NCBI GenBank assembly: GCA_965655095.1
Contig: OZ296649.1
Coordinates: 61,256,001 to 61,320,000, forward strand
DNA length: 64,000 nucleotides
Origin: Haplodiscus bocki
Taxonomy: Eukaryota
Direction of reading: 5' to 3'
The position numbers and the translations under genes were made by a program. Numbering within the stretch: position 1 is the first letter of the stretch; each line of letters begins with the position of its first letter. Of this stretch, positions 60,100 to 64,000 are shown piece by piece. Below the pieces are notes generated by a model. That model saw only the letters and a program-made list of their open reading frames with translations. It was not told where the DNA came from and did no database searches.

Positions 60100-61743
60100 T
60101 TACTAATTTACAACCTAATCAAAGTTTTTTTCAAGAAAAAACTATCCTAGTGATATAATAACAATTTATAAAGATTACATACTCGAAGAGCAATGAAATA
60201 ACAGTTGGCTTCGTTTTCAGATTTGCTATGACTCGATGTATGTCAAAATTGGCGGACAAATAAAAGTAAGGAAAAAAATCGAACTGACGTTCGATTCAAC
60301 GACCATTCTATTGCATATTGAAACTGAAACAGGGAAAGAAGCGGTGTATAAATGCCCTTCTGAGTCACCTAACTATTATCAATTGCGCAGACTCCTTTCA
60401 TCAGATTTCTATTTTCCTGGCGACATCGTTTGTGGAAACGGAAATTTCAATATCCAGATGACACTTACTCTTCTGAATATTGACAATCAACACTAAATAA
60501 TTGTGAGCATCTTCTTCAACAACATCACTAATGATTATAGAGTGATTACGGAATCAACCAACGATGAACAAAAACAGCTTTCATTTGTACTCCTGGGTCA
60601 TAACATTATTCGTTCATTGAAGCTCTTTCCAAGAACTCACTTCCAGTGTTGATCAAGAGCCAAGACGGAAAGTTTTAGATCACAATTTTTTTCCTCGAGA
60701 AAAACGACGAAATCTACACTTCCGAAGAGCTTAACGCACAACATTACAACTAAAAGTTACAAAATCGACACGGAAAAACACAAAAATTGGGGAAAAGCTA
60801 CTTTTTCTTGTCCTCCAGAATCTGCAAACTTTGTTTTTATTGAAACTTTCTGCAAGAATCCTCCTCCAACGAAAATTGTGAGCATGTACCAAAGGATTTG
60901 ATTAATTGACACCTCACTGAAAGAACCCAATAGAAATTACCTTAAATCGATCTGGTGACAACAAGACGCATCTGAGAGCTGACATTCGCTGCAAGTGGAC
61001 ACCACTTTCTCCGCAAGGAGAACACTTCATAACTACGATTTTCTGGATACCGGACGGAAGTCCTTTACAAGTCAGATTGCGGGTTACTGAGAATCTACTC
61101 GCGATAATACTTATTCCCATAACAGTCCGAACAGAAGAGTTCGCCAACCTCTTTGTGACTCTCAAAATTTCCAGGACGCTGGATAAGAGGGAAAACTACT
61201 GCTTGGACGATCTTCTGGATTATATGGACAAGAACCTGCTGAGATTTAAGGAGATGTCACACGTCAATGTTCTGCACGCTCTTGTTGACATTTGAACTTA
61301 ACGTCAAGTGCCTCTGGCCGCACCTTGCTACGATTAATCACTTGGAGATCACAAAGATCGAGTGGAGCCAAGTATCTGACCCAATTGTTATAACAGTCCA
61401 CAGTTTGGGGCAACTGCAACCTGGCAAGTGGAAAATTCCCATTAAACCGGGGACTGAAGTGTTAAAAAATCTACGCTTTGCCCTACAAGATTTCACGAAA
61501 CTTCCGCTTTTCAAAAACACTCATGCTCTGACCAGACACTTAGTCAAAGAACTCATTCGTCAGTGTCAATCTTCAGTCTCTGACGACCAGGCCACGAGAC
61601 CAAAACGAAACAAAACAAACTACAACTACACTCTTTCAATGGTCCAGGGGAGTTCTCTTCAAATTTTGATTTGGCACTTTTTTGGTGATACCCGTTCTAT
61701 TCCAGCACCCTTTATAAAACTCTTGACGTCGTTGTATTATTAG
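60100..61743 (+). pseudogene. Accessory ORF C (~500 aa, frameshifted), unknown function
   Basis: Protein-like fragments 60236-60496, 60740-61295 and 61267-61743 on the same strand. Confidence 0.55.
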
Positions 61744-61931
61744 TGAAGCTACTACTACAAAATTTTAGCTCCCACTTTGTGTTAGTGCCCACAAAGCGCC
61801 TGTTTGATTTTAAGGCATTTTTCAAAAGCTGTTCCCCTGAAAAAATAGAGTGAACTTCCACTGGAAAACCCCCCAAGACGCTATTTTTCTATGCTTCTAA
61901 TAGTTAATCCCTCTGAAGCAAACTTCCAGAG

Positions 61932-63814
61932 ATGGAAATTCCGCTGAAAAGCCCAGCGAAGACGCTATTTCTTTTTCAAATCCTCGTGTTTTATTCCGAG
62001 GTTGGTTACACTTTAGTTCCAGTTGCAGACCAGGTTGCCAAGAAATTTAAAGTGTCTCATTTTGACTGCGGCGCAATGACTGAAAACACTCTCTATGCTC
62101 TCAACCAGGTACGACAATGCCACATTACACCGGAGCAATTGGAAATTAGCCAAATGAAAATCATTCTCTAAACTAAGCATTTCCGGAAAGAACTTAACGC
62201 AACAAAATGTCGAATACAACATCCACGCGAGAAGTGGCACTGTGGACATAACGACCACAGCAGTAATGACCACACATTAGCCGGAATCACTAGCGACCTA
62301 GTGATCTCACCAGAACAATGCCGATCGCTTGCAAAGAGAAAAATGATCTATTTGGCTGATCAATTTTTGGGAGTTGAGTATGATACAAAGAATCCTATTG
62401 TAATCACAGACGGTTCACGAGCGATACTAATAGAAGTCACTGCACGGCACGTGGTTGGATTACCTGTGATACTTTCCTGCTTCATATGCACCGGACAATA
62501 CCAAAATCAGAATTTCAACTGGGAAAGTCCTATCCGACTAAGCTCAAGTACTGCAATGTGCACTGGAAGAGTTAGGTTGTGAGCCAACTTCATTGAACCC
62601 CTACGCCTACATATGGGACTACCCTGATAACTGTGTTTTATCGGTCCTCCGAACTGAAGAAGTTAACATGGTGAAACAAGGAACAAAATATTATATAATC
62701 AGTGGACCTGATTCAACAACAATGTTTGTCTTCGAAGTTAAAAACAATCCCCAAAAACATTGTGGAAAGCGGACAGATAGTTATGTGACTAATTACGATT
62801 CACTCTATGTAGCAACCATCAGTGGAGCTTTTGACCTGAGATCTGGACTGAATCTTGGCAAGGAACGGAATGGTGTCACTCAACTCCTACAGTACATAGC
62901 ACCCACTCAAAACAACGGATTTGCCCAACTCTATGCATACGACCCAAAAGACACGTCCCACCAGTCAAGCCATGAAAATATGTACCTGAATATGGACTAA
63001 GAAATGCACAGGGGAACAAAATTGGGTTACATCTTTTTCCAGAGCTCACGATTACTTCAAGCTTCTGAGATACAACTCTTGAAAAATCAATGTGAGTAAG
63101 AACGAACACAAATCCTCACTTTTCTGATGCTATCTCTCGAAAACCCACGGTTCGCAGGCTATATGCTCACCGGGAACCGTTCGATGTTTCTGGAAACTGA
63201 TGGCAGCTTAGCCTCTTCGTATCATTGCCCACTAGTTCTTTCACCACTTCATACAATGACCGAATGTTACGACCGGATCACGATACTCCTGCAATGCTTT
63301 GAAAAAGTTCTCGCAGAAACTCAATGTCTTTTCAAACAACAACAAGAATCCAGACAGTTTTCCTTATTATGCTCCTCGAACAGACTTCTATGTGGACAAC
63401 ATAATCTTACCCGGCTACTTCAAAGATCGGTTCTTGGACACATTTGGACCAGTTGCATACGTTCTTGAACACTGCGGAATCTATTTCCCCATGTTTTTTT
63501 TCAAACTTATAATAGATGTTGTGGTTATGGTAATACGCCACTTGGAAATAGCTAAAATGACTGGCGCGTCACCCGGATTAGGTAAGACCCTTCTAAGCGC
63601 CTCATATAATATTTTTCTCATGTCAGTTCTGAATTCAATGTATGATCCACGCGCGCCTACTCTCGCCAAGGTAGAAGAAGAGAAAAAAACTCTCTGTACT
63701 GAGGAAGAGTTACATGTTATGAGAGATGATACTAAGAAAAAGGAAGAGCAATTTTATCCAGTCATGAGTCCGGCTCAGGTTAACCAAGCCGTGACTCCAA
63801 TTTCCCCTGTTTAA
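61932..63814 (+). pseudogene. env: env-like glycoprotein of chuvirus / herpesvirus gB (class III) type
   Basis: Signal peptide; FDCG...YALNQVRQC...KCRIQ..REKWHCGH.DHSS...ISPEQCRSL cysteine pattern; C-terminal TM (CGIYFPMFFFKLIIDVVVMVI); apparent internal deletion near 63290. Confidence 0.8.
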
Positions 63815-64000
63815 AATTGTTTTATTTCTTTTTCTAGGCCGCATTACACTCAATCTTTCCTCACTGTGACGATTGCCTTTCAGTCCTTTCGGACCCACAA
63901 GAAGACTTCCAGCCCCTTAATCCTTCTGGTTTGGAATTCCCCACTAACTCTGTCGTCACTTTCCTATCTCCTATCTCCTCTCCTTCGAAGAAAACCTCCT

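Larger units (their letters stand above)
48557..64000 (+). mobile_element. Ty3/Gypsy LTR retrotransposon with env-like gene, decayed; 3' LTR beyond the window
   Basis: gag (CCHC), then PR, macrodomain, RT, RNase H, IN in Gypsy order, accessory ORFs and a glycoprotein; many stops and frameshifts. Confidence 0.95.

Overview
AT-rich, repeat-dense animal (invertebrate-like) genomic DNA with two assembly gaps. Six spliced + strand exons (4145-4260, 11090-11244, 15714-15914, 16604-16703, 29374-29597, 30727-30819) join with GT-AG boundaries and matching phases into TM1-TM7 of an SLC4 (band 3 / bicarbonate transporter) protein. No further exon was found, so almost the whole window is probably intronic. 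The introns contain a 1.75-kb solo LTR with an intact 188-codon ORF, a Mutator-like element (9-bp TSD) containing a 2.7-kb solo LTR, a decayed Polinton/adintovirus (~17.4-26.7 kb) and a second, much more decayed Maverick-type relic (~31.7-46.5 kb). From ~48.6 kb to the window end lies a decayed but nearly complete Ty3/Gypsy element with an unusually complex, virus-like genome: a membrane-anchored extension before gag, a -1 frameshift into pol, a TARG1/OARD1-type macrodomain between protease and RT, three accessory ORFs (one antisense, intact, with a splice acceptor) and a chuvirus/herpesvirus-gB-like envelope gene. All family assignments come from motif recognition by eye; no database searches were run.
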